The notes under the pieces are model-generated. The model was not told the origin of the DNA, did no database searches, and saw only the letters and a program-made list of their open reading frames with translations. A stretch of DNA of 34,361 nt, taken from Atractiella rhizophila (lineage: Eukaryota). The position numbers and the translations under genes are program-made. The stretch is taken from positions 1 to 34,361 of the forward strand of contig MU271661.1 of NCBI GenBank assembly GCA_021432655.1, in the 5' to 3' direction. This document shows, piece after piece, positions 1 through 10,275 of the stretch. Each line of letters starts with the position of its first letter. Positions within the stretch are counted from its first letter, which is position 1.

Positions 1-249
1 GGTCAAGAGCTTAGAATACGAGAACATGTCAAAGTACTGGACTTTGGATGAAGTTAGGAATAAGATTTTGAGATTCTGATGTCAGCGCACAGATACCTAG
101 CAGACTTCAAGCAGCTTCGCGTCCCGTTCGTTATCTCATTGCACAGAGAGGATTGAGATATTTAGTACTCGGTGACTTTTAAGGCTCATGAGAACCATAG
201 CAATCGTTTATCCTTGAATGTGTTATTTTGTCAATTTCGATCTTCTGCA

Positions 250-900
250 TCGAAAAACTTTCAATTTCTGCAGCACAACGATAACAGTAAGCAACATTAC
301 GAACAACCAAGAGTGAAGTATACCTTTCATGGAAAGTGCCATGCCCATCTCCTCCCTGAGATCTTACTCCCGACTGCCAAAATGCCAGGTCGAAGAAATG
401 CCGTTTGTTCGCCGCTGGAATCTCTGCTTCATCATCTAAATAATAAATAATCTCTAGTCCACCCGACTACTATAACTTCTGAATCTCGATGGCGTTCAAT
501 ACCACGCCCGTCCCAAACGGGCCGTAATGTAGAGAATCCAACAGCTTACAGAGCGACAGCGTGAATTCATCCGGTTCTCATGGAAGCTTCTACAGCAAGC
601 AAAGTGTTGAACTTTTGTGGAATGCGCAAAAGGGGAATTGCGTCAAGACCTCTTCAAGATCTTTCTGCTCTTGTCAAGTTTTGTAGCTCGAGAAGGGTAG
701 ACGAAAAGCATAACGATGTGCAAACTGGTAGATATCCTACCAAGAAATGGTTAGAAGGGTTCCGAAGATCCAGCCTCAAATCCTTGATCGAGTTCGAGTT
801 TGACAGCATAACACACGCAGGCATATGATGAAGGAATCGGCAAGTCGTTGTCCCAATATCGACTGCACAATGAAACAAATCATGAAGAATCTTGATTATG
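250..900 (-). pseudogene. Decayed C-terminal part of an F-box/LRR-like gene, paralog of the gene in the mirrored block
   Basis: Minus-strand fragments in shifting frames (DND-ADSFII, SIKDLRLDLRNPSNHFL, QKDLEEVLT, LLRIPQK, LNAIEIQ, RHFFDLA, EEMGMALSMK then donor GTATAC at 323) match, in order, ENDFAHSFFM, SLRHLRLEQTNRSTYHL, QEDFQEVLT, PLRIPPN, LKHVEIR, REFLDLS, EKMGITLSIT then donor GTATGC of the mirrored gene. Several frameshifts; boundaries approximate. Confidence 0.65.
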
Positions 901-1256
901 CCTACAGCGTTCGGGACCTCTCAACCCCACCATCAGCGCTACGCCCTTCAGGAGAGTCGTCTCCATCTCAATTACCTACTGGCTGGGTAAGTCCCCAGGT
1001 CGTGCTGGTCTTCAGCTGAGGGTCTTGACCACTTGGGCATCTCCAACATCTCAGCACAGAGCTCCTCGACGAGCATTCCCGCAAACAGAATTTCCTCTTG
1101 CGTCAGTGGTTTAAAAGTGCTGCACTCAGTACTGAGCGATGAGACGTACGGCGAGTTTGGCTACGCTGGCGATGGAAAGTTGATCGCTTCCAGCTGCTGT
1201 GAGCTCATTCGGTCCCTTTCTCTGCGCTTGGGACACTGCGGAGGTTAATCTTTTTC

Positions 1257-1380
1257 NNNNNNNNNNNNNNNNNNNNNNNNNNNNNNNNNNNNNNNNNNNN
1301 NNNNNNNNNNNNNNNNNNNNNNNNNNNNNNNNNNNNNNNNNNNNNNNNNNNNNNNNNNNNNNNNNNNNNNNNNNNNNNNN
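1257..1380. other. Scaffold gap (124 N)
   Basis: Run of N bases. Confidence 1.
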
Positions 1381-3735
1381 CGACGCAGCATCTCCCAAGG
1401 ATCGACTTAAACAGCACTTATTCCACTCTCCCTCTACTGGTCGACAGGTGAAGACAAGTCCAATCCCAGTCCCAGATAGTAGCACAAAGAAACGTCGAAC
1501 GTCGTTGCACCACTTCGACGCATCTTACGTCATTAAAGTTAACCAATCTATAGTAAGCTCGTTCGTATGTCATGATGAGTTTATGGAAGGTAGCATTGCT
1601 ACTGACGTCACGCGATAACGCAAAACACAGGCAATATTAGAGAAGACGGTCATCTATTTTGCACCATTACTGTAGCGGGGTTGCTCCCCTTGCCTTAGTT
1701 TCGTGAGTTTGTTCGTAAGTAAAGTTTCGGTTACGGTCAGCAACAATCCTTCTACGAGCCGAAAACATCTTAACAGTCAGTATGTTCGCTTCTCACTGTT
1801 CGAATCGTATGGACAATATCTATTGCATTAGGGGTAGAAGAGTTCCTCAAGGAGGTTGGATCAGGAAGGAAGAAGGAAGCGACTGTCCAGGTCCTTGAGC
1901 GCAGAAAAAGATCGCTTTGGGAGTCAACCTAATCAAAGCCCGGGAGCTTAAAGCTGCACAAAGTTTCCGTGTAGGAAAAGTTTAGCTGGTAGCGTATCTC
2001 TTAAGGTCATCCAACGTCTCACCGGCTCATTTAGAACGAGCGAGAAACAGCGGCTACATCTCGTATGTCTCGACAACTTCCAAGCCGCCTTACGCGTCTC
2101 CTTCCTTGCTGTTCACTTCATGGAAATTGACTTCCGTATAGCAATTTTGGAGGACCTTCAGAAGGACGTAGACCCACGAGTACCTGCCTTTCTACAACTT
2201 GGATTTCCGAACGTTCCACCGTCTACATGGTGCATTTTTCACGTTTTTCCTTAGCGCATCTACTATCCAGCTTGCTAAGCAGACAAGGTCAGAGTTTACA
2301 GACTCGCTGGTTCAACTCCAACTGCCACTGTTGCGGAGATTCTCGTACTTTTTCCTCACGCGTTTTAGTAAGAGGTCCAGCTCTCTTCATTCCAACCTTT
2401 TGAAACCGTAGGTAGCAGATAGAAGTAATTCAAAGTCGTTGGTACAGAGGTGGGAGGGCGCCAGTCATCGAAGTACAAATAACACTTTTCTTGCCCTCGC
2501 GCAGCGGTTAAAGTTTACAAACTCGGGTACCGACTTGACTTATCGCACCTTCTTTTGTGACGGCTTTAAGCTAACTTTCCTCAGCATCTAATCCTATTCA
2601 GAAAAGTTAGGTGAACGCAATGAGTTTTGCCAGCTATCTCCGAAGGTCAGTTAACACACTCCTCGGAACTGGGTTTTATAAGGTTTATAAGACTCGCTTA
2701 GATTGAACCCCTCCGTTATGCGCTCCTAGCGCTTTATTTGTCCCAAGTTCAGAAGTTTTGGATTCGCTTGGAACTAGCAATTACGAGCCTAACGTGTCGC
2801 TTCAACTCAGCCTTCCAACCTTTTAGCTCCATACATTTGACGACCTACGAGACCACCCCCTGTCGCCATCACCTATCCTTCCTGGAAAAGAGGGTAAGTT
2901 GTACTCCCCTAACCGTCTGTTTAGAATGCTATTCCATTTCTGCTGCTCTGTTTGTTTCTGTACTCACGTCTAGACGTACGCTGAGCGCAGGGTCAGCGAG
3001 CTCCTGGTAGAGTTAGTCGAGCAAGCCTTCTTCAAGTTTTCCACTGTTTTATTGACCCAACTAACGCGGCCTTGAGCGACCACGTGAGTTCTCAAGAAGC
3101 CAAAGTCAGAGGACGGACCGTAACTTTTGTGAGGACATCTTGTCGACATCTAGAAAGCATGTTAAGCACTGCCGAAAGCGAAGTCTTACGGCTCTGTCAA
3201 CTAGTCATCTGGAGGTGTAAACCTGTTTGCCCCGCATTGAGTGAGAAGCGGGTATTTTACTTTAAGTTTAAATACAAAGCTTTGTCGGAAGGCCTACCGA
3301 AGTTCGTAGAGGGACTCGAGTCACGGAAGAACTAGGTATCTGGCTTTTGTATCCTACACTATAAAGTTGGTTTTCGAAAACTCTAGCTCTTCGCGGACAA
3401 CATTTTGTGAAACCAAACTACAACCTCGGTGGTATAGCCGCTTGACACATACGTCTGTAAGGTACTCAAAGGGACGTCATCTACGTTCCTATTATATGGA
3501 CGCTCTCGATGTCGACCTCATTCAGCAGGACCTCTTGTTATCACCATACGGCTAGATTCGAAAAACTACTAATTACTTGCAGGGAAACTAAAATGTAAAC
3601 TGAGTGTAAGGTTGTCTTCCTCGCCGTCTAAGTTCAACAACTGCTTAAGTTGACCTAAGTTGTTACGACTCGCGCCCTGCGATTATTGGTGTCTAAAACG
3701 ACGTCGTCGAACACCCCTTGTTAGGAACGTCGATA
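1381..3735. other. Mirror-image block (reversed but not complemented, equivalently complemented but not reversed)
   Basis: TpA exceeds ApT (hand count roughly 50 vs 30 over 2461-3300) and there are no credible ORFs in the six normal frames. The plain reversed string gives long ORFs, an F-box motif and GT-AG introns. Right boundary approximate (3700-3742). Confidence 0.93.
1723..3219. CDS. F-box/LRR-like protein readable only in the reversed, non-complemented string (read 3219 toward 1723)
   Basis: Reversed reading gives SPFELLPNELIEMVLERLGRESHADLHSCLCLSRRLYLI (F-box; LPNEL at 3030-3016), then intron GTAAGA..AAAG (2928-2885). An open frame runs 2884-1979 (301 codons) with LRR-like units PKLDSLRIFG, SGLKRLILIY, HGLKHLKLA, SNLTSLDLEN, WSLRHLRLEQ, QLKVLHLSF. 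One frame change near 2045 leads to VPLKHVEIRG..RLEELLEKMGITLSIT, then intron GTATGC..ACTGAC..AAAG (1811-1761) and last exon AEHLPNNDWHWL*. The start is uncertain; further exon-like segments lie at 3245-3730. Confidence 0.85.
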
Positions 3736-3742
3736 TCGCATC

Positions 3743-5008
3743 ATGGCCGTTGGAGTCCAGCCTGTCCTTAAACCTTCGCGTCCTGATTCTCCAACACCAA
3801 CGGAAGAGAGGTAAGAAGCAATCAGATCATCATTCTGGGCTGACATGACATGCATACAGTCTCCTACACGATGCGGCCTCTGAGCCTGGCGAGTCTGTCT
3901 TTTCAGTCGAGCTGCCACACAAGCCCGCCTACTCTGCCCTGTCTCGCGCTCTGCAAACTAACGATCGAGATCTTACCCCTGATTCGACTCCAAAGAAGAA
4001 GAAGACGGGCAGTTTGAGCAAGCTCTTTGGCGAACATGAGGATCCGGATGAGGCGATTGAGAGGAAGAGGAGGGTGGTCATTCGAAGAGATATCGATCCT
4101 GTGCCCATCCCTCCTCCAGATCTTAAGACAGAAGTCGAAGAAGTGATGGAGATTGGAACCCCTACTGCTGTGGTGGAGAGGATTGGGAGAGCTAGGAGCA
4201 GGACGTTCGAGGCGGTTCGTCTGGATGTTGGGAGGCAGAGGATGGAAGAGGCACTGGCGATCAGGAAAGCATGTAGGGAAGGTGGTTCGACGAGAGACGG
4301 TGGTGCAACATCGGTATGTATCCGATTACTTATTGCCCCACTCTCTTCCTTCTTCGAGACCGATTTCGATTGTGACAGAATCAGCGTGTAAACGTCCTCA
4401 TCATCCATGATGACACACTCACTTCTTCCTTCATCCGCTTCTGCAGACGGAACCCCGTTGCATGCCCCCTCCTCGCTTGCACATCCATCCCTGGGAACCC
4501 AACAAAGTTGACGCACTTAGGGATCGTGGAACCATCCTTTGATATCCCAGATCAAGACTTGGACATTACCACGGGTACGTCCTTTACCATCCTTCTTTCT
4601 TTCTCTTGCGTGGTCAACTGAAATTCCCCAGATTGTCCTTCGTATCATGTTTACGGCGCGACACCAGACGAATTTCCTCCGTACGCATCGCCCGCCATGT
4701 CAATATCAGACGACATCCTGCCTCCCGCCACACTTTCATGTGATCTCGACCCTCACATCATGCAACGAGAGCACCGCAACCTCGTACTCCCCAATCCAGG
4801 CGGTCCAGCTGGAGTACGACGCTCCCCCTCTGCTTCTCCCCTCTTTCAAGGAGTCAGTGGATGGACACCTCCGATCTCGCTCTGTTCGTCCCCGGCTCCG
4901 CTTTCTCATTTAAACTCCATCCTCCCTTCTTCCACGCTTCCTCGCTCGACCAGAGACGGTACCACATCCATTCTGCCGATTCTTCCGGCGTCCGCGAAAA
5001 TGCTTTAA
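3743..5008 (+). CDS. Divergent, truncated DUF1445 (UPF0317 hydro-lyase / D-glutamate cyclase-like) N-terminal-domain protein
   Basis: ATG 3743; introns 3811-3859, 4314-4378, 4575-4631 splice in frame. The product contains IRKACREG..NQRVNVLII..SFIRFCRRNPVACPLLA..PGNP..DLDITTDCPSYHVYG, resembling the family pattern QANLVIL..DF..FC.RNP.PCPLL..DIRTD.P.Y.V. The 3' end is uncertain. Confidence 0.7.
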
Positions 5009-5856
5009 ACAACGACGCTACCGTGGACAACGGAAAAGGAAGTCCGTTGCTGATTGGCGTCGCTACAAAACCGGGAAACATATGGAGGGCCAAAATACGC
5101 GGATAGCGACGAGACAATTCCTGTGTTGGCGCTCTCAGCTTCCCATGGGATGGATGATGAAGGCGAGAAGCTCACGTTGACCATAATATCGTTATACGTG
5201 ATGGCAGTTCTCGCAGCATTCCCCAGAGAATAGTGTTTTGCGATACCCAGATCGTCCTCGATTACCTGTCCTCCAGAGCCTGGGTGAAGGATAGAAATGA
5301 CCGACGCCTTCTCTTCTCTCTTCCCTGCTTCCTCCACTAGATCAATCAGGTCGTACGCGAACCGAAAACGGGAGAAATAATGAAGCTGAAGCTTATAATC
5401 GAGACCGTCTTTCGTAGGCGTGAAACCTTTCAAGGACAGAAGACCAGGGGATAAAACTATAAAGTTGATCTTCTCCAATTTCTCTCTCAGCTCCTTCGTC
5501 ACCTTCCTTACTTGCTCCAAATCGCCGACGTCACATTTGATGAACTCGGCTTTTCCCTCTTCATGCTTTGGCCAACTTTGCAGGATCTGCTTCGCCTTCT
5601 CTTCGTTCCGCCCAAGAAGGATGATATGCGCTCTCCCTCCTGTCTGACGCGCCAGTTTGGTGGCCATAGCTTCTCCCACGCCACTCGTACCGCCTAGGAA
5701 GAGCGAAACAGGAGGAGTGGGAGGTTGGAAGAAGGAGTTCGATTCCACAACGCGCTGAAAAGACATAGATCTCGGAGTAAAGTAGATATATGCAACAGCG
5801 GAGAAAACGAGAGGGACGAGCAAGTAAGTGGTGAATCGACTTCGTTTGAAGGGCAT
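4854..5856 (-). CDS. Atypical short-chain dehydrogenase/reductase (NAD(P)-binding Rossmann fold)
   Basis: LFLGGTSGVGEA glycine motif, ILLGRN, FIKCDV, INFIVLSPG, TKDGLD..LHYFSRFRF. Intron 5175-5121 (GTGAGC..ACAG) joins to ELSRRYP..HMFPGFVATP. No canonical YxxxK. Alternative start at MSFQRV. Confidence 0.9.
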
Positions 5857-7157
5857 TTAGCGTCCGTCTAGGAAGAAGGCGTGCCTTTGTATCCTCAGAA
5901 GCCGTAGGCCAGGTCATCCCGGCAAATTACCCCAGTTCTCATGCTCCTCCATCCTGAAAGTGGAGCTTGCAGAGGGTGGAGCTCGGGACCGTGACCGCTG
6001 TCTCCCTACTTTTACGTGCATGTGTATGCTTCCTTCCATGACGCAACTAGATTTTAAACATTGGCATGTTAATGGCCGTTCCTTCACGCTCCAACAGGAG
6101 CAGCCAAAGAACGTAAAGAAACCACAATGTCTCGACGACGTCTGCCTCAGCAGTATACGACTGTAAGTTCATGCGCATTCCTCTCCTATCTAAAGGCAAA
6201 AGTTTTCGCGTAGCGATTCTAGCAACCAGTAATCAATCGCCGGAAGTGAAAGAGATTACAAACTTGGATTATAGCCAGAGTAAGACACAACGCGACTTAG
6301 GGAAAATGGGGTGACATCTCACTTCCCGCTCAACACCACTTACTTATAAACCATCCTCCTCCATCTGTCAACGTCAAGGATTGAACCAAACTCACAGCCC
6401 ATTGTAAAGTTTACGGAACCGAAGTTCAGAATTTGGCGTCGGACAATTAACGTAGTAGGAGTCGTATTGTTAGAATGTGACAATGGACCATATAGGGAAT
6501 CCTTAACGCCTGGTTTACTTAGAACAAAATTAGAAGCTTTTGGGACAGGTTTGCTCATCCCGCAACGTGAATCTGCACATCCCATAACCACCAGTATAAC
6601 ATGAACCTTTCCTGCTGACATCCTATCTGTCCAGCACTTTCCCTGCTTTCCCTGATGACATATATCTCCTTGCGTGAAATGTGGCTGGGAAGTTTTGGTG
6701 GCTCGGTGACTGGTCATAATGGAGTGAGATACAGTTTTTTTCTCTTTTCTTTGGCATCCTTGTCTGGACCTAGGGGAAGTCTCCGGGAGGGACAAACGTT
6801 GGACATTGATCTTAGGAAACACCGCAGTGGCTCTCTGAAGTGGGCTAGGGATCTACGGCCGCCTGTGCCATCTCTTGTTGACCAATCAGCGAGGAGCCCC
6901 AGGAGGAGCCCCTACAGCACACATTGTACACCTGAATATCTTTCTCCTTGCTTCAAATGCTTCCACCTTCCTTTATTAGAGTGTTCCACAATATGCTCTC
7001 CGTCTCTGGCTGAGCTATGATTGAACGTCGAACATGATTGCAAGGGTCATTACAGCACAATTGTACAGGACCATGTCGATGAGGAGGAACACAGGGAACA
7101 GCACATTAACCGAACAGACAAAACGAAATGATACACACACCCAAGACATATCACATC

Positions 7158-8220
7158 TCAAAGTATCCACCTACTCTTCCCTGCCTCCCAATCCATGACC
7201 GTCTCGCCGTCTCCAACCGCGACCTCCCTCCTGCCTCCGTCGCTCAACACCCAAACGGCCGTCCTCCAATCCGGCCAAACGATCGGTTCTCCCCTCTCCT
7301 CCGCCTCTCCCTCCGCTTCCAAAGAAGTCCCAAAATCCCCCTCACCTCTCCTCACCCTCTCCTCATCGATTCCAAACCTTTCCAGCGCCTCCCACCCGCT
7401 CCCAAATGGCTCATCGTCCGCGTCCATATGGGTGGTGAAGGAAAAGGATACGGCGAGGACCATCGTCATCCCGTTGCTCTCCTTCGTTCCTTGCGACATG
7501 CCGCTGAAGTCGAACGGACGCGATGGGATCAGTGGGAGAGTGGAACGGTAGAGGAGGTGCGGGGAGGAGGTGGCAGGTGTGGGGAGGAAGAGGAAGCCTC
7601 GTGAGGTTGCGGTCCATGGGGCAAGGTGGACCACTTGTGCTGTCTCTTGGGTCCGGGGAACAAGGGTATTTTCTCTTCTGGGAGGGTCGGGAGGATCCCG
7701 AGGATGGATGGGTTTCGTGGTATCCAACAGAGGAGCAACAGGTTGAGGAGGACTATGGAACGGTTGGCTTCTCATCTCGCTAGCTATTGCAATTGATGGT
7801 GGAGGGATGGAGATATTGGATGGCAAAAAAGAATGATAATTTGAATGACAAAGTGAATCAGCTGGTTTGGGATTATAGCGTTAGGGTGACGGAGGGCAGG
7901 AAATGATATATTATTTTAACCGCCCATGGATGAACTCCCCAATGGATCGTAAGCTGATCGGACGAGGAGGGCTTTGATATTTGCAGGCAACCGAAGAGGA
8001 CGTCATCTTCCAAAGCGGGATGTCCAGTTCCTTGAGCTGTCCCCCACGATATCCAAGACTTCTCCAGAGCCTCCCAAAGGGACATCCCATCCTGCTTCTT
8101 CTCGTCCCTGTTTGATGGGTCGGGACTCTCTACGATCAGAGTCCTGAAGTGAGAAAGACGAGAGGAGGGCCGCCGCACGAAGGAAAGAACCCGATTGATC
8201 TTGGCGACAGGAAGTCTTAA
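7158..8220 (-). CDS. Hypothetical protein
   Basis: ORFs 8178-7873 and 7826-7158 can be joined by an intron (GTTAAA..CTAAC..CCAG), giving HWGVHPWA|LIHFVIQIIILFLPSNISIP. No family recognised; 5' end not resolved. Confidence 0.55.
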
Positions 8221-10275
8221 GTTAAAGTCGAGGAGGGAAGCACCGTATCTTGTTGACTAGTGGAGGGAACAGGTACATCGATCGAATCAAACTGCAAGCC
8301 TCGGAATTGACGAACGCGATATTCGTCACGTTTTGGTCGCCTTGTGTGCGGCGAGGATTTCGAAGATCTGCAGCAGCAATTCGGAAGGTATAGACTGGAT
8401 GGTCGCCATTACTATACTCGTAGTGCTTTCGTGGTAGCTGGAGTGGGATTCACTCTGAGATTCAAAGTGTCATTAGTTCCACATGTTGAAAGAAGAAACG
8501 TAAGGAAAATATGTACCAGGCAGGTATAAGCAGGTGCCAACGATCAATCTGCAACAATCCTTCTCTTCTCTGGCAATAGGAGGAACTGATTTGACTTCGT
8601 CGCTTTGTTACATGTCCTGACCTGACTCAAGCGGCACCAATTCTATTTATCTTGTTACCTATCAGTCCAGCCCAGGAAGCCGTCAATTGGAGAAAGGATA
8701 TCATCCTTTTCACAGAAGGCTGTGTCTTCCTCGTCTGAGTTTTCGCCTTGAAATGAAAATACACTGCAGACGTCGACCTATCCGAAAGCGTCGCTGTGGC
8801 ATGGAACAGTGGAGCGTCTGCAGCTTGAACTCCATCAGTGCAGGGGCAGGCTTCCTGACCTTACCCGCCCCATAATCCTATTCCTTCAACACCACTGACA
8901 AGGTAAAGGAATTGCCGATCCCCAAGTTACAATGAAGCAGTTTTAGGCCATTCGGGCTCAATCATGAATACGCGCAGGACACCACCGACAGCGCGAAAGA
9001 CTCGGAAGGTTCTCTTTTCCCAATTCCATGGGTTATTCCATTTCGAGTCCCATCGTCTATCTTCTGCGGTCTCCCCATCCTCCGAGTGTTCCCTGAGCAC
9101 CTCGTGCCTCCACACGACAGGTTTGAACATGTTCCTCCGTGTCAGGAGGAAGCAATCATCTTGTTTATGAAGGTTTATGAAGATGGAGGACAACGACTTG
9201 GCGATATCTTATTGTGATGCGATCCTGGAAGCGCTACTACTCGAGTAGCAGCAGCCATAAATATTTCTGAAGCAGAATATAATCCTTATCTGTGCCCGGA
9301 GCTATAGTGTGCATTTGCATTATTACGGTCGATGAATATAATAGTCAGGCGCAGTCTAGAAGTGGCCGCAGCTGTGGTAACTGAATAAAGTGGCAGTTAT
9401 CATAATGGCTGGAGAATGGAGGCGAGACGGAACAGCCCAGCCTGTCAGAGAGGACGAGATTGATCGATCATCATTCCTCGCGAATGATTACCATGCTCAA
9501 GGCCTCAAGCATGGAGCTTGCTTCGGTCTGCTGCGTCTGAGCGCTGAGCCTCTGCGGTTTCAGAGCTCTGAAAGTACATCAGCTGCGTTCCATCTCCAAC
9601 GTGGATGGAGGATTCCTCTTCTAGGATGAGATGGAGGATCAAGAATAACAGCATGTGTGGTAACGTGAAAACAAGCTGGAACAAGATCGATCATCGATCA
9701 CCATCCCCTCAAAGTGCCTCAACGTTGAAAGCGAAAGCAGTCCTAGTGAAAGGGAGCTGATTGGACGAACGTATATAAACACGATTGTGACGGTTGGATC
9801 AAGATTCGCGCTTAATTATGGAGCTTACGAGGGTAGGTACATACGTTAAGTCACGATCGGCCTTTGCTTTGCTTTGCAATCCTGGCGCCATGACAGCAGC
9901 TCAATTCTCAAACGACCATCCTTCTCTTCTCTCCACTCTATCTCTATCTCTACAATGTCAGCCTTACCATCTACATGCTTAAATATCAGACAACTGCAAC
10001 TGAAAGAGATATGGTGAGATGGCAGTCCAGAAGGAAGGAGATGGGCGAAGGTTAAGGTTGTCGGGGTGCAAGAGGGGCGAGTCGTTCCACGAAGTGACCT
10101 CGCAATCGAATCTTTTCAAGTTTTCCATCGGGTGAGCCTCTCCATTTCCCTGGGATTATCGCACACTCGCCACCTGCACCCATCCAGGCACGGGCAGGCA
10201 GCACACACCCAGCACGTCACTCGTCACTCGGCCACGCAAGACACTCGGTAGGCTCACCCCGGCATATCCTTCGGC

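Noticed and set aside
1381..3735. RIP-mutated transposon relic suggested by high TpA/ApT
   Set aside because: The region is not AT-rich, CpG is abundant, and the bias is fully explained by string reversal, which restores a nearly intact spliced gene.
4858..4915. WMDTSDLALFVPGSAFSF as the missing DUF1445 'GCSFSFE' motif
   Set aside because: It is in another frame with no good YAG acceptor to reach it, and it is antisense to SDR coding sequence; probably coincidental.
8520..9230. Third F-box/LRR relic (15-mer CCATCGTCTATCTTC at 9050-9064 equals the complement of 2411-2425; GLKLLHCNL and KLQTLHCSM fragments)
   Set aside because: One 15-mer match is plausible by chance at these lengths, and I could not extend a collinear alignment.
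9237..9248. 12-bp palindrome CTACTCGAGTAG (also CTCAGTACTGAG near 1125)
   Set aside because: Several palindromes of this length are expected by chance in 34 kb; no associated structure.
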